NCBI GenBank assembly: GCA_018003655.1
Contig: JAGNDY010000001.1
Location: forward strand, 35,399-99,398
Length of the DNA stretch: 64,000 bases
DNA from: Candidatus Nanopelagicales bacterium
Lineage (GTDB): Bacteria > Actinomycetota > Actinomycetes > S36-B12 > UBA10799
Reading direction: 5' to 3'
Position 1 is the first letter of the stretch; each line of letters opens with the position of its first letter. Shown piece after piece: positions 62,398-64,000 of the stretch. The translations under genes were made by a program, and so were the position numbers. The notes under the pieces are model-generated. The model saw only the letters and a program-made list of their open reading frames with translations, searched no databases and had not been told where the DNA came from.

Positions 62398-64000
<1,603 letters not shown>

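Overview
This is a high-GC chromosomal window that looks like Actinomycetota. I support about 60 protein-coding genes. I could not recognise any rRNA, tRNA, CRISPR array, transposase or integrase by eye. All calls rest on motif and family recognition in the supplied translations and on reading the DNA. No database search was run. The ORF track uses ATG, GTG and TTG starts and takes the longest ORF, so I trimmed many N-termini to starts supported by RBS, gene coupling or family architecture.

From about 17.3 kb to 64 kb the window is conserved core backbone in typical actinobacterial order. It contains mmsA, a GH16-like hydrolase, an MhuD-like haem oxygenase, an OafA-like acyltransferase, the imuA'-imuB-dnaE2 SOS mutasome behind a perfect LexA box, DUF2207-LemA and IclR-leuCD. 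These are followed by hupB with 15 PAKKA repeats, fbiD, plsC-gpsA-ddl-amidase, thiL, rpmB and DAK2-recG-rsmD-coaD. The last block is a SepIVA-like protein, yceD, rpmF (missed by the ORF track), rnc and mutM, then smc, ftsY, amt and glnB.

The most interesting part is the left 0.6-17.3 kb, an accessory glycoconjugate-type locus. It contains a tightly coupled six-gene minus-strand operon: AcpS-type PPTase, a dedicated carrier protein, an ACAD-fold flavoprotein, a truncated SerRS-like amino acid:[carrier protein] ligase, DUF1839 and a GH2 without a signal peptide. This operon is divergent from a second coupled operon of MOP flippase, GT4, a kinase-like protein and two tandem Fem/CelD-like GNAT paralogues. 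A second flippase, a second GT4 and a 472-aa orphan protein follow. I interpret this as a candidate tRNA- and NRPS-independent aminoacyl-thioester pathway that decorates a glycan or glycolipid. That function is an inference and has not been demonstrated.
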